Positions 1 to 12,880 of a DNA stretch of 64,000 bases are shown piece by piece (the first letter of the stretch is position 1; each line of letters starts with the position of its first letter). The notes under the pieces are model-generated. The model worked only from the letters and a program-made list of their open reading frames with translations. It was not told where the DNA came from and ran no database searches. Location of the stretch: assembly GCA_951406725.2 (NCBI GenBank), contig OX597814.1:77438001-77502000 (forward strand), in the 5' to 3' direction. The DNA comes from Octopus vulgaris (lineage: Eukaryota). The translations under genes and the position numbers were made by a program.

Positions 1-139
1 AGTTTTAGGGATTCACACAGACAGGCAGACAGACACACATTCTCAGTTTTATATATATATATATATTTACAAGTATGTCATATTTTCTCTTGTGTTTTTA
101 TTTAATCCTGAAAAAAAAAATTTGTATATACTTATGAAT

Positions 140-525
140 GGGCTGGGCAAAATTCAGAGAGCTACTATATTGGTAACAATGGGCTTCTCCTTTAGAGTAA
201 AACGCAGATTTTATGATGCCTGTGTACAAACAGCTAGGCTACATATGCTACATGAGAGTGAAACATGGGCTGTGACTGCAGAGGACGTGCAAAAGCTTGA
301 AAGAAATGAAGGCAGCATGCTCCACTGGATGTGTAATGTCTATGTATGTACGGCAGAGTGTAAATGTTTTAAGAGAAAAGTTGTGTATAAGAGGCATCAG
401 ATGCAGTGTGCGTGAGAGAAGACTAAGCTGGTATGGTCATGTGGTGTGTATGGATGTAGAGAGCTGCACAAAGAAGAGCTGATCTTTAACTGTGGAGGGA
501 ACTTGTGGAAGAAGTAACCTGAGAA
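140..525 (+). mobile_element. RTE-clade LINE, degenerate 3' ORF fragment
   Basis: Translates to 'RFYDACVQTA..LHESETWAVT...SMLHWMCNV' and 'RRLSWYGHVV', the C-terminal motifs of the RTE family that recurs at 9520, 33900, 46000 and 59000. Confidence 0.85.
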
Positions 526-1047
526 CCTATGCCACATAAACACAATACAGACTCATATACAAACATTTTGTTGTGTAATCCAATTTTGATTACACAACAA
601 AATATGACATCAACATGGTTATTCCTGGAAGTTAAGATTTTTCGTGGGGGAGGGGGCATAGAGGAAACTGGAATTGAGATGTTGATATTTATTCTAAGTA
701 TATTAACAATGTAACTGAAAAGGTGCCTAGAGAAAGTGGAAATTTATGTGTAGCCTTGATTCACATAGAACTTAGCACCCTATACCAATGCCTGGTAATA
801 CATATACATACAGACATATATGAATAGCTACATGTATTTATATATAAAACTACAGAATAAATAAATATATATATATATATACAAAATGAGAAAATGGAGA
901 AATATATCTAAATCAATCATCAACTATCAGATAATACCCAATCAATACTTTATTAAACCACTACACAATAGTAATGATATTAAACATTAATATAGTACAA
1001 ATATAACAAGACATAGAAATAGAAATAGAAATACATTTACATTGTAG

Positions 1048-1156
1048 CTGACAGTTGTTTCGGTCGTGAAGACAGGTATGTCTCATTTAACCTATTAGCC
1101 ATATAAAGCAGGTATAAATGAGACATTAACAAGAATATTTCACGGCCTCTTCAGAG
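1048..1156 (-). ncRNA. Type I hammerhead ribozyme motif (PLE-type)
   Basis: Minus strand reads CT-CTGAAGA-GGCCGTGAA...TTCACGACC-GAAAC-AACT-GTC-AG, with a GUC cleavage triplet. Confidence 0.7.
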
Positions 1157-1560
1157 ATTTCAATGCAAGTATGAGTACAAATCCTAAAAAATTTACATAT
1201 AAATATAAATATGTGTGCATACACACTCATATTCTTACATATATATATATACACAATAATACAATATAAACAATATAGATCAATATACATCAACAAACAC
1301 AATAATGTTCCATATTGAACTCCACAGCTCCTCAACCAACATCAAGAAACCACAACAGATACACTCACACTCAAAGCAGGCATATATATTAAACAGTCCA
1401 ATATATTAAAATGTGTCATTTCACAAAAAGTCAATAAAATTAATATCACCACGACGGTTATTGTGTATATATATATATGTAAGAATATGAGTGTGTATGC
1501 ACACATATTTATATTTATATGTAAATTTTTTAGGATTTGTACTCATACTTGCATTAAAAT

Positions 1561-1669
1561 CTCTGAAGAGGCCGTGAAATATTCTTGTTAATGTCTCATT
1601 TATACCTGCTTTATATGGCTAATAGGTTAAATGAGACATACCTGTCTTCACGGCCGAAACAGCTGTTAG
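1561..1669 (+). ncRNA. Type I hammerhead ribozyme motif (PLE-type) with long stem II
   Basis: CT-CTGAAGA-GGCCGTGAA[inner hairpin TGTCTCATTTA/TAAATGAGACA]TTCACGGCC-GAAAC-AGCT-GTT-AG. Stem II has a 9-bp perfect base and stem III is palindromic. Confidence 0.7.
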
Positions 1670-2013
1670 CTACAATGTAAATGTATTTCTATTTCTATTT
1701 CTATGTCTTGTTATATTTGTACTATATTAATGTATAATATCATTGCTATTGTGTAGTGGTTTAATAAAGTATTGATTGGGTATTATCTGATAGTTGATGA
1801 TTGATTTAGATATATTTCTCCATTTTCTCATTTTGTATTATTAATTTACGGTAAAAATAATTTAACCTTTGCCCACATAATACAGTAGATGAATTAATTG
1901 CATCGTAATTTTTAACATTTATGTATTAGCTTTGTTGGGTACTTCTCTAGCAGTATATTGGATATATGTTATCCCATGGAGGGTTGAATTTACAACCCCT
2001 ATCTCATTTTATA

Positions 2014-2047
<34 letters not shown>

Positions 2048-2059
2048 TGTATATATATA

Positions 2060-2210
2060 TGGTGAAAGAGTACAGCAGAGATCACCACCATCCCCTGCCG
2101 GAGCCTCGTGGAGCTTTTAGGTGTTTCGCTCATAAACACACACAACGCCGGTCTGGAATCGAAACCGCGATCCTCCGACCGCAAGTCCGCTGCCCTAACC
2201 ACTGGGCCAT
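2060..2210 (-). mobile_element. tRNA-derived SINE head
   Basis: Minus strand TGGCCCAGTGGTTAGGGCAGCGGACTTGCGGTCGGAGGATCGCGGTTTCGATTCC has Pol III A and B boxes, followed by non-tRNA body sequence. Confidence 0.75.
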
Positions 2211-2470
2211 ATATATAGGATATATATATATATCCTAGTGAAATAAATAGGGTTTACAATCAAATGTGAGTATGAATGGATTCTGAAGTGAGGCAATGCA
2301 GAAAAAAGGATATTCTATCCAGAAATGTAACAAAAAGTTTGCACTGATCCATGAGCATAGAGTGCTATTTTATCCATGTAACCAATTTCCATCAACATAC
2401 ACATACACATTTGCATATATTTACATTTTGTTCATACATATACATAAACATACTCATATATTTACAACAG

Positions 2471-2634
2471 GGAAGAAGAAAGGTTAAGGCAAATTCAGTT
2501 ACAAAAGGAGAAAGAAGAAGAAGAATTAAGAAAACAATTAGAAGAGATTGAACGACAAAAAGCTAGGAAGATTTTACAAGGAAAGAAAGATATCAGTGGA
2601 CAAACAATTCTACATCATATGGCTGGCCATGCAG
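2471..2634 (+). CDS. Ankyrin-repeat protein, internal exon (first seen in window)
   Basis: caacag| acceptor, |gtattt donor. Encodes EEERLRQIQLQKEKEEEELRKQLEEIERQKARKILQGKKDISGQTILHHMAGHA: coiled coil plus an ankyrin-like 'D..GQTILH' start. Confidence 0.8.
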
Positions 2635-2984
2635 GTATTTTCTAAGATTTTGGTTTTTCCTTCTTCCCACAAGTTTTCCTCCTTCCCACAAGTAAAATTA
2701 AATTTTACCTTCTTTCAAATTTAGAGGTTTGAAAAGCACCTGTTCTTGTTGCTGTATGGGTTGTGTTATATTAAATGACTGCAACTGTATAAAATTTGTG
2801 TTGTGTGAATTATTGCTATTATTGTATATAGTATCAATTTATAATAGTATGTGCTATGTCATTTTATTAGGTATTAACCAGAGTGATTTGGGATTTCATA
2901 GTGTATTTGTTATGTGTGTGAATTGTATTATTTTATTGAATGGTGATAATTTAGAGCATGTTTTGCATATGGAAAATGTACTGA

Positions 2985-4273
2985 CTAGCAGTATAACCCG
3001 GCCTTGCCCGGGATTAAGTTACGATTATTAAGCTAATCAAATTCTTTATTTCAAACCAAACTAAGTAATATAGACGTCAAATTTGGGCGAAATCCGTTGA
3101 AATTAGTTATATTCATCATCATCATCATCATCATCGTTTAGCGTCCGTTTTCCATGCTAGCATGGGTTGGACGGTTCTACTGGGGTCTGTGAAGCCAGAA
3201 GGCTTCATCAGGCCCAGTCAAATCTGGCAGTGTTTCTACGGCTGGATGCCCTTCCTAATGCCAACCACTCCGTGAGTGTAGTGGGTGCTTTTTACGTGCC
3301 ACCCGCACTGGTGCCAGACAGAGCTGGCAAACGGCCACGAACGGATGGTGCTTTTTATGTGCCACCGGCACGAGGGCCAGGCGAGGCTGGCAACGGACAC
3401 GAAACGGGGCGGTGCTGGCAACGGTCGCGAAACGGAAAGTTCTCTTACATGCCACCGGCACTGGTAACACATCTGCAATTTCCATTGATCGATTTCCATT
3501 GATCGATTTCGATTCTGATCGTCACTTGCCTCAACGGGTCTTCACAACGGGTCTTCTTAGGTCCAGCTTTTCTCTCAAGGTACTTACACTCTGCCGAGTG
3601 TGAGTACTGGCATTACACATCCATCGGAGCATACTGGCTTCATTTCTAGCGAGCTTACGCATATCCTCAGCAGTCACGGCCCATGTTTCACTGCCATGTA
3701 GCATTAAATATATATGGGCAACAGACATGAACACACATACACATACGTATGTACGTACACCTATTGCATGTTTTGTGCACGCATACATGTTCATAAACAG
3801 AAATGAATGGAAAAAATGTTGTTAAATTTGTAGATTAACACTCGCACGATTTTCACTAAAGTATATATACTAATGATTATAAAATATAGTGTCTTTCAAA
3901 AACAAAAAACAAAACATTTTACATTTTATTTTTTATGAACTTCATAACTTACTCTCTCTCCCTCTCTCATTTTGTCTTTCCCGTGAAACTCTCTGCCCCC
4001 TTCTTCCACTTTTCTTTATCTTTTTTTTTTTTTGTTGTTAGACGCCATCAAAAAAGGCAAGGCTGATATTTTTCGTGGCTAAAAGCTATGTCTGAAAATA
4101 GATATTTACGCTACCCACGGGTGCCTCGGGGGTGGGGGTGGAAATAAGTTGACAAAACCCAGATAGGATGTTGACAAATGTCCTCCTAAAATTTGAGCGA
4201 CATGCGTGCTAATTTGTGGACATGCATAAATTACAATCATGTACACACACACACACATCCTGCCTTTTATAGA
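2985..4273 (-). mobile_element. Non-autonomous Helitron, interrupted by an RTE 3' fragment
   Basis: Minus strand begins A|TCTATAAAAGG..(TG)n and ends with hairpin CCCGGGCAAGGCCGGG then CTAG|T. Confidence 0.7.
3115..3705 (-). mobile_element. RTE LINE 3' end/3'UTR with (GAT)n tail
   Basis: (CAT)n on +, the family 3'UTR motif GCTGGATGCCCTTCCTAATGCCAACCACTC, and the ORF remnant MLHGSETWAVT on -. Confidence 0.85.
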
Positions 4274-4739
4274 TATGATTGTGTTTAGTATTGAATTCAA
4301 AGTATCTTGTGTAGGATGTTGGCTGAGGTTAGCAAGGCTACTTTTTGTATGGGTTACATGTTTTTGTTAATTCTTTTTGTCATACCAAGTGCTCCAGTTA
4401 TTATTGGTACTGTTTTCATTTTTATACTCCAGAAGCAGTTTATTTCAGTTTTGAGATCCTGTGCATTAACAGTTTCTCCACTGTCTTTCTGGATCAAGAT
4501 ATCCCTAAGAGTACAGGTCTTTTGTTCCAGATGTTTATAATGACATCTGGATGGTTTGCCTTGATCTCCTTTCAGTGTGAAAAGACATGTCCCAAATGAC
4601 TGAAGCCAAGTTGTCATGTATTATGTTTGGTGCGTGTTTATCACATTTCTTATCTGTTTTCCCACTGAAGTGGCACATATAGCCCAGTGGAATAGTATAT
4701 GACTTAATTATGTTTGTTTACTATTAGTAGTAGATTGAC

Positions 4740-5385
4740 TGAACCATTTGAGCATAAATTCCAACATTTCTTCTGGCTCTTTACATTCCATGTTCAAATC
4801 ACATTGAGGTCAAGTTTGCTTTTTATCCCTTCAGGGTTAATAAAATAAAGTACAAGTTGTTAAAATACAGTATTAGAGTCAATACCATTGACTAAATTCA
4901 TCCCTTCAAAATTGTTAGCTTTGTGCTTAAATCAGAAAATAATAATAATAATGATACATAATGATAATTTTCTGCTATAGACAAATAGCCTGAAATTTGC
5001 GGGGAAGGGGGTTAGTCGACTACATCATCCCCAGTGCTCAACTGGTGCTTACTTTATCAACACCTGAAAGGGATGAAAAGTAAAGTTGACTTTAGCAGAA
5101 TTTGAACTCAGAATGTAAAGATGGATGAAATGCTACTAACCATTTTGTCTAGTGCTATCAAATTTGCCTGCTTACCATCTTAGATAATAATAACAATAAT
5201 AATAATGTTTTCAGATTTTTGGCACAAGGCCAGTAATTTTAGCCCAGTGCTCAATTGGTACTTATTTTATTGGTCCCCAAAGGATAAAAGGTAAAGTTGA
5301 CCTTGGTAGAATCTGAACTGAGAATATAAGATGGATGAAATGCATTTTTTTTTCCATTGTGCTAATGATTCTACCAGCTCACCTC
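4740..5385. mobile_element. Cluster of three degenerate SINEs (one +, two -) with a conserved central domain
   Basis: Shared core GACTTTGCCTTTCATCCTT..GGG..GATAAAATAAGTACCAGTTGAGCACTGG, also at 28967-29180, 35918-36150 and 38698-38913. It resembles Sauria/Meta-type SINE central domains (from memory). Confidence 0.7.
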
Positions 5386-5550
5386 ATTAATCACAACATA
5401 TTTTACTTTACAAGAATAAATTCACTTTGCTACATAAATACACAACTTCAGGATGTCTTATCCAAACACATGTAAATAATTTATAGCAATTGAAGAACAT
5501 TATTTCATCAATAAAAACATTTTACTATTATGTTCCATCTATAATTGTAG

Positions 5551-5670
5551 GTGCTGACTTCTCTGAACTATATGATATGGTAGAACTATTGGCTGACAAA
5601 GACTTGAATTACAGAACACCAAGAGATGTGGCAATGGAAGAAAATATTGAGGAAAATATTATCGAAATTG
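5551..5670 (+). CDS. Ankyrin-repeat protein, exon
   Basis: ttgtag| acceptor, |gtaact donor, phase 1-1 matching its neighbours. Encodes GADFSELYDMVELLADKDLNYRTPRDVAMEENIEENIIEI. Confidence 0.85.
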
Positions 5671-6731
5671 GTAACTATGTTTGATCAGTATTTTATATAT
5701 TTAGCTGGAGTAACACAAATGATAGGATATCTGACTACATGACTTTCTCTGATTGATTCTGTCTTTGTTCTAGGATTAAATCTTGTTGGTTTTGAATTTT
5801 CTTTCATCTTTCTAGGAGTGATGAATAATACCAGTCCTGTAATGAGGCCTATTTGATTCACTATATCCTACCTTACTTCTGTAAATTTGTGATCTAACAC
5901 CAATGTAAGAGTCATTCTTTATCATTGGCAACAGTAATCACAGTGTTATCATGATCATCTATATTATTTGTTTTTTGATTATTTATGAAGAGAATGGATG
6001 ACAAAATCAGTAAGACATTGAACAAAATAACTTATTGTATTCAGCTATTTATGTTCTATGTTCGGATCTTGCTGGAGGAGGAAGAGTCATTATTTAACAT
6101 TCCTTTTTCCATGTGAACATGAGTTGGATGCTTTGACAGAAACCAGAGGACTGCACTGAGCTCCAATGTCAAGCTTTGGTGTGATTTCTACAGCTGAATA
6201 GCCTTCCTAAAGACAACCATTTTACAGAGTTTACTGGGTACTTTTATGTGGCACCAGCATTAGTGAGGTCACCAAGTACTGAGTGGGTTATAATAATGGA
6301 GGTTAAAGTATCATAGAAGGACATGAACAGGTGTCTTAAAGAGGAGAATACATAGCTTCCCTAGCTGGAAAGAAGTGAGAGATGATGAGGGCATACCTTC
6401 AAGGTACACAGTGAATATGAAAGAGAGAATAGGGATAGAGGAATAGAAAGGGTGGGTGGACTGTTAAGTTCACAAGAGTGTGAAAAGAGTGTGACAGATG
6501 ATTAGAGATAGGGATTGAGGTGAATGCAGTGAATATCATATTGGGGATGGGAGAATGAAGGAAATAAGTGTGGATCAGGGAGAAGAAGAAGGGACAGTAA
6601 GGACTCTGCCAAGTCACCACCTTAAATATTACTTTAATTAAATTAACTTTAATTAGAAAGTAGCTTCAATCATGAACTCTTATTATGAATCATTCAAGTA
6701 CTAAGCTCATAAAATTCATCTTCTTTTGCAG

Positions 6732-6895
6732 ATTCATATGTGTCATCTTTGATGATAGAAGGAAATGTAGCCCCTTTGAAACAGCTGTTGTTTGATGGCT
6801 ACCCTTACTTGCAACAAGCGATTGACATTCTGCCATCAATAAGTGAACTTCCAGAAGAGAGTCAAGCATTCATCAACTCCATAGCAGATACTCAA
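6732..6895 (+). CDS. Ankyrin-repeat protein, exon
   Basis: ttttgcag| acceptor, |gtacgg donor, phase 1-0. Encodes DSYVSSLMIEGNVAPLKQLLFDGYPYLQQAIDILPSISELPEESQAFINSIADTQ. Confidence 0.85.
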
Positions 6896-7221
6896 GTACG
6901 GTTTACAAATATCCTTCAAACTTATAACTGATACACATTTCACACCTTCCAAATATTCCTCAGGCTCATGGCTGATACACATTTCAAAATATTGATTTCT
7001 TATATGAATGTAAAGACAGATGTTACTGTTATTTAGTTTATCAAGCCTTCAAGGGATGAAAGGCAAAGTTGCTTTTGGTATGATTTGAATACATAATGTA
7101 GAAAAATAATGTAAATCATATAGATCACTGCTCTAACCTTTCAGTTAACTCGATATCCCAAGATACCTTTATATTTTCAATATATTGGATGAACTTATTG
7201 ACATCCCTCTCTCTCTCTTTC

Positions 7222-7416
7222 GGAGAGGCACAAGCACCTACACGCACATATACACATACGGCAGTAACTTCCACCTACCAAATTCAATCACAAAGCTCCG
7301 GTCAGCTCGGGGCTATAATGAAAGACACCTACCCAAAGTGCCATGCAGTGGGACTGAACCCGAAACCATATAGCTAGGAAGGAAGCTCCCTAACCACACA
7401 GCCATGCCCGCGCCTA
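7222..7416 (-). mobile_element. tRNA-derived SINE (abundant family; further copies at ~20180-20461, 32088-32487, 55717-55866, 56122-56482)
   Basis: Head GGCATGGCTGTGTGGTTAG...GGGTTCAGTCCCACTGCATGGCAC is shared among all copies. Confidence 0.8.
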
Positions 7417-7689
7417 CATATGAAATGAATATGGTCAGGAGATTTGTACAGTGCTTTTTTCAAGGATTTTTCAAGTATAAATTTCTTGTAACTAGATAAA
7501 GACTAATGTTCATGATTACTTCATAACTTATTGATTTTGAAGGGATAAAAGGTAAAAGTTTACTCAGAACCCAGATGTATCATTGTTCTGCCGTTTCAGC
7601 CATTTCCATCATCCTGGCCATTTATATATAATAATATTACAACTTGTAAATTTATAGAAGCAGAATTAATAAGGGAAAATTCTATATGG

Positions 7690-8910
7690 ATGTTCACCTT
7701 ACTAGAAACAGCTGCCAAATCTTTCTGACATAACATCCTCTTGTCTTAAAATAAAGTCATATTGGATGATGTAGTACTAGATAAATCAGGAAAAAGATTT
7801 GATGGTCAAAACTGGAATACCTTTGATCATAAGTCCACTTGATCAAGGTTGACTTGGAGCTAAAATATAATAAATCTATTCAATTATCAAAATCATCTAA
7901 CCAAGAGAATTATGGCCAAAATAAACCCATAAATGTTAAATTGAAACTAAAAAAGTTAAGCTTAAGAAAATATAATCAAAGAAAATATATCTACTGAAAT
8001 TTTTGTTTTACAATTTACTTTCAGGATAAATGTGAAAGCATTTTTAAAGCTATCCAAGAAGGTGATGAAGAAGGATTTCATATTTTGCTTGATTCAATGC
8101 CTGAGTTGATATCATGTAAAAATGCTAGAGGTCAGTCTTTATTACATGCAGCTGTTTTACATGAGGAAACTGAAATGATAAAACATATACTAGAAACTTC
8201 CCCTGAGAGTCACAAAGCAAAAGACAATGTAAGAAATATTTTTGGCAATTCTTTTTCGGATGTTATTTTTTTAAATATATTTCTGGTTTCAGTTCTCTGA
8301 TATTTTACAGCTATGCTTTCTCACTCCCAAATTAAAATATTTTAAGAATTGTAAGCTAAAAGGTCAAGTCCATGGTAAACAGAATGCAATAAAGTAAAAT
8401 TTCTTTATTTTATTTGTGAACATTGTTGGTTAAGGCATGAATGTCAGAAGTTTTAGTTTCCAAAATTTGACAAAAATTTGATTTTTGATACTCATTATAT
8501 GAATGAAATAGACAGAGCTGAGCTAACAAAGCAACTCTAGGTGGCTGCCCTACCTGCTAGAGAGAGCAGCCAAATTTCCTCTGAATCACATCACCTTACT
8601 ATCATTAAAAAAAAAAGCAAGAATATATTGAACAATGTAGTTCTAGATATAATATGTATGATTACTATATGTATATTATACAAGATGTGTACAAACTAAT
8701 GAGAGAGCTTCATCTACTTGAAATAGTAGTAAAATCTACCTCAACTCACACCTTAATATCTTAAAAAGGTAAGGATACATTAGTTAATGTAATCCAGGGT
8801 ACATTATACATACAAAATATAAAAAAGAGAAAATACATAAGATGGCGCTGACTAGAATGTCTTTGATCATTGATCTGCTCAATTTGGGCCAATTTGAGAC
8901 TAAACAACAT
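7690..8910 (+). repeat. Three degenerate copies of an interspersed repeat (7690-7870, 8530-8660, 8700-8910); inverted copy at ~41995-42220
   Basis: Shared motif CTAGAAA.AGCAGCCAAAT...TCACACC...CTTAAAAA...ATAATGTAGT, ending GGGCTAAACAACA. The span brackets the 8025-8228 exon. Confidence 0.6.
8025..8228 (+). CDS. Ankyrin-repeat protein, exon
   Basis: tttcag| acceptor, |gtaaga donor, phase 0-0. Encodes DKCESIFKAIQEGDEEGFHILLDSMPELISCKNARGQSLLHAAVLHEETEMIKHILETSPESHKAKDN, with a clear ankyrin consensus (GxSLLHxA). Confidence 0.9.
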
Positions 8911-9274
8911 TAGACTACTAAATAAAATAGTGTTTTGCTTGCTTTTAATTAAATAAGTAAAATCAATATGTTCATCACATCATTATTCAGCATAACAATC
9001 ACCAAATTACCATTTCCAACATCATCACTAACCTTTATAATCAGAGACTGAAAAACATTTGTCCTTATCTGTTGTTATTTCCCAAACTGTATTTTATGTC
9101 AAATGACATTGATTCAGATGTTATTTTTGGGCTATGTCCCCGCTACTATCTACTATTGAGGTTGTTGTAGAATTTCACTAATCTCAATTCATCTATTCTA
9201 GTTACATGTCTAAACCAATGCAACAACACTTTAACTGCATGTATTTATCCGATGTACTTACTTGAGGAAGAAAT

Positions 9275-9326
<52 letters not shown>

Positions 9327-9353
9327 TACATATACATATATATACATATATAC

Positions 9354-9400
<47 letters not shown>

Positions 9401-9516
9401 CACACACAAACACATATACGTACATACATACACACATACATAAACACATAAATACTTACTTATGTACACACATGTATATGGCTGTGTGTATGTGTATGTT
9501 TGTGAATGTGTGTGCG

Positions 9517-10497
9517 TGTGGACAATGCAGAATCTAGGGATTGACGAATGGTTAATAAGGGCTGTACAGGCCCTATACAGAGATGCCATCAGTAGGGTTA
9601 GGATTGGAAATGAGTATAGTGAAGAATTCCGGGTAGAAGTAGGGGTCCACCAAGAATCAGCCATCAGCCCCCTCTTATTCATCATAGTCCTCCAAGCAAT
9701 AACAAAGGAATTCAAGACAGGTTGCTCCTGGGAACTCCTCTATGCTGATGATCTGGCCCTCATAGCAGAATCACTACCGGAACTAGAGAAGAAACTTCAT
9801 GTCTGGAAGCAAAGTTTAGAATTGAAGGGCCTTAGAGTCAATGTTGCAAAGACCAAAGTTCTAGTAAGTAGGAAGGCGAACACATCATACACCATGATCC
9901 GTTGGATATGTAATGTCAGTGTGCACACATAACAGAATGTAAGCACCCTGAGAGAAATGTTAGACATAAGAAGAATTGGATGTGGAGTGCAAGAGAGACG
10001 TTTGCGTTGGTATGATGATGTACTGCAGATGGATGAGGAGAGCTGTGTGAAGAAGTGCCACTCTCAAACAGTGGAAGGAATCCGGAGCAGAGGGAGACCC
10101 AGGAAGACATGGGATGAAGTGGTGAAGCATGATCTTCAAATGTTGGGCCTCACAGAGGCAATGACAAACGACCAAGACCTCTGGAGGTATGCTGTGACTG
10201 AAAAGACCCGACAAATTAAGCGAGTACACAGCTGTAACCTACACCAGTGATGCAAAACCAGCCCACTTAAAAGTACCTTGGATTGTAGGGCGATATGCCA
10301 TACTTGAGGAGACCTACTGAGTTAAGTACATTAACATCAGCAATATCAAAATCAAATCAAATAGAAATTGTAGTTGTGACCCCCGTGCCGGTAGCACATA
10401 AAAAGCACCATCTGAACGTGGCTGATGCCAGTGCTGCCTTGACTGGCTTCCGTGCCAGTGGCGCATAAAAAGCACCATCTGATCGTGGTTGATGCCA
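9517..10497 (+). mobile_element. RTE LINE, 5'-truncated and internally deleted, with RT motifs and 3'UTR
   Basis: GVHQESAISPLLF and ELLYADDL (RT), RGRPRKTW, then 3'UTR units. Confidence 0.9.
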
Positions 10498-10499
10498 TC

Positions 10500-12880
10500 T
10501 ATGCTTTTGCTGCCCTTTGAATTCGCAGCTGTATTTCTGTATCAAGATTCACACCATTTTGAACAGAGCTTCCAAGGTAGATGAAGGAGTCGGCAACTTC
10601 AAGTAACTTACCTGTAACAAAAACTTTAGTGGGGTTACAAACAGTACCATAGTTGATGCATTACAACTGGGTTTTTTTCAAGTTGATAGCCAATCCAAAA
10701 TCATCACAAGCCAAGTCAAATGCAGATGCAAGAGATTGCAGACCTGTTTCGGAATGACTGACAAGATCGCAATTGTCAGCATATAAATGTTCCCTAATGA
10801 GTGATGTAAAAAACTTTGTTTTGAATTTCAGTCTGGTCAGACTAAAAATATTCCCTGTTATTCGATATTTTATGTAAATACCCTCCTTAGAGTTTTGAAA
10901 AGCATGTGACAGCACAACAGCAAAGTATATTGCAAAGAGAGTGGGTGCATCAAGATCTCCTTGCTTTACTCCATTTTCCACAGCAAAAGATTCAGAGAGC
11001 CTACCACCAAAATTAACTCTAGCTTTCATATCTTGATGCAAAGCCCTGACCATGTTTACAAATTTCTCTGGGCAACCTATTTTCCTTAGAATTAGCCACA
11101 GAGCATTTCGATTAACAGTATCGAATGCTTTGCTCAAATCAACAAGGCAATGGTATTGAACAAGATTCTGTTCAATGCACTTTTCTTGTAATTGTCTGAC
11201 AGTAAAGATACAATTAGCTGTGCCCTTGGAGGAATGAAAACCACACTGAGACTCAGACACTATATTTGGAACTATGAGGGTATTTAAACATTCTAACAAA
11301 ATGTGGGTAAGTACCTTTCCAACCACAAACAAAAGCGAAATCCCACGAAAATTACCACACAGATCTTTTGGCCCCGATTTATACAAGAAGACTGAAATGG
11401 CATCAATCCAGGCCTGAGGCACTTTCTCAGTTCTCCAACGGTGACAAATTAATATATTTAAGAGTTCAAACATTTTGTAACCCCCATATTTCAAGAATTC
11501 TGCACAGATTTCATCAGACCCTGGAGACTCATTGTTATTCAGCTTATTCACAGCTAAATAAATGTCATTTAGAGTTGGTTCAAATGCCATCTCTTCTATA
11601 ACTGGAAGGTGTTCAATTCTTTCTATCGTCCTCATGTCAACGGATGATGGTCTATTCAAAAGTACAGAAAAATGCTCCACCCAGCACTTATGAATAGAAG
11701 CGGTATCAGTCAGAAGAAAACATCCATTTGCTGTTCTCACTGGAGCTATTGAGGAAGATTTTGGGCCATATACCTCCTTAACATAAGAATACAAACCCTT
11801 GACATCATTTCTATCAGCTGCTTCTTGTGCCCCTTTTGCTCTATCATTCCACCATTCCTGTTTAATTTTCTTTAGCTCAGTCTGCACTTTTCTTTTCAAC
11901 TTACTGTAAGTTTTGTTTGAGTTGGGTTTCAAGGACTGAGAAAGAAGTGTATTGCCTAAGTTTTGTTTTTATAAAAGTAGATCATGAATTTCTGCTGATC
12001 TATCTGAGAACCAGTCACTGGACTTATGTGATTTAAGTCCCACTGACGTACTTGCAGCCTGAATTACTTTCGGTTTGAAATCTTTCAACAGATTGTTTGG
12101 GTTAAGATTGATACTTTCTATAGCATCATAGAATCTTTGAAAGTTACTTGATAATTTAAAGTTTGCAACATTTAACTTTTTGGGTACCTTAGGACCAGAC
12201 TGTCGATTTTTAGGCATTATCGAAAAATTTATTTTTCTACGCACTAGATGATGGTCACTCCAGCTCTCTGCTCCTCTCATGGCCTGGACACTAGAAATAT
12301 CTTTCATATCAATTTTCTAATCAGAATATGATCTATGAGATGCCAGTACTTAGATCTTGGGTGCATCCAGGTGGTTTTATATTTATTTTTCTGCTTAAAC
12401 AGAGTGTTGGTGACAACCAGATTATTCTCAGTATGAAATGTCAAAAGAGCTACTCAATTTTTATTACATTTTCCAATCTCATGTCAACCTAAAAGAAGCC
12501 ATGAAACAGTCCTTTCCAACTCTTGCATTGAAATCTCCCAATATGACCAGCTTGTCAGAAATTGGTACTTTCCTCAATAATTGTGCTAGATCATCATAAA
12601 ACTGTCCTACAGTTTCATCAGAATGTGACATTGTTGGTGCATAAATACTGACAACGATAAGAAACCTACTTTTTGTCAGTTTAATACAGCATGACATGAT
12701 CCATTCAGATATACCACTTGAAAGCCCTGCAATGGAGGATACTAATGTATTCTTGAGAGCAAACCCAGCACCAGATTCTCTACGCTGACCCTTAGGTAGG
12801 CCTCTCCAAAAGATAGCATATCCATAAGTAGGTTTATTTACATGACCCTCACCAGAGAGACAAATTTCATTCACCGCAGG
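10500..12880 (-). mobile_element. RTE/BovB-like LINE (APE endonuclease + RT), decayed
   Basis: IYAPT, LGDFNARVG and TWMHPRSK.WHLID (APE); NFRGISLL, DLSKAFDTV, GVKQG and LYADN (RT with catalytic YADD changed to YADN); frameshifts. Confidence 0.9.

Larger units (their letters stand above)
880..2010. mobile_element. Penelope-like inverted pseudo-LTR pair (~380-bp arms) with hammerhead motifs, flanked by (TA)n
   Basis: 880-1258 is a near-perfect reverse complement of 1458-1837. Each arm carries CTGAAGA...GAAAC. A tail continues to ~2010. Confidence 0.75.

Noticed and set aside
2140-2210. tRNA gene
   Set aside because: A and B boxes are present, but there is no complete acceptor stem and it continues into SINE body sequence.
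3280-3480. Repeat-spacer pattern resembling a CRISPR array (also 39305-39600, 45510-45700)
   Set aside because: The spacers are homologous to one another, the array is part of an RTE 3'UTR, the context is eukaryotic, and there are no cas genes.
9245-9540. ORFs rich in YI/CV/TH dipeptides (also 41500-41930, 43200-43630, 54569-54892)
   Set aside because: These are translations of (TA)n, (TG)n and (CA)n microsatellites.
10661-11932. 423-aa ORF as a functional or domesticated reverse transcriptase
   Set aside because: The catalytic YADD is YADN, flanking frames are broken by stops and frameshifts, and it is part of a decayed LINE.
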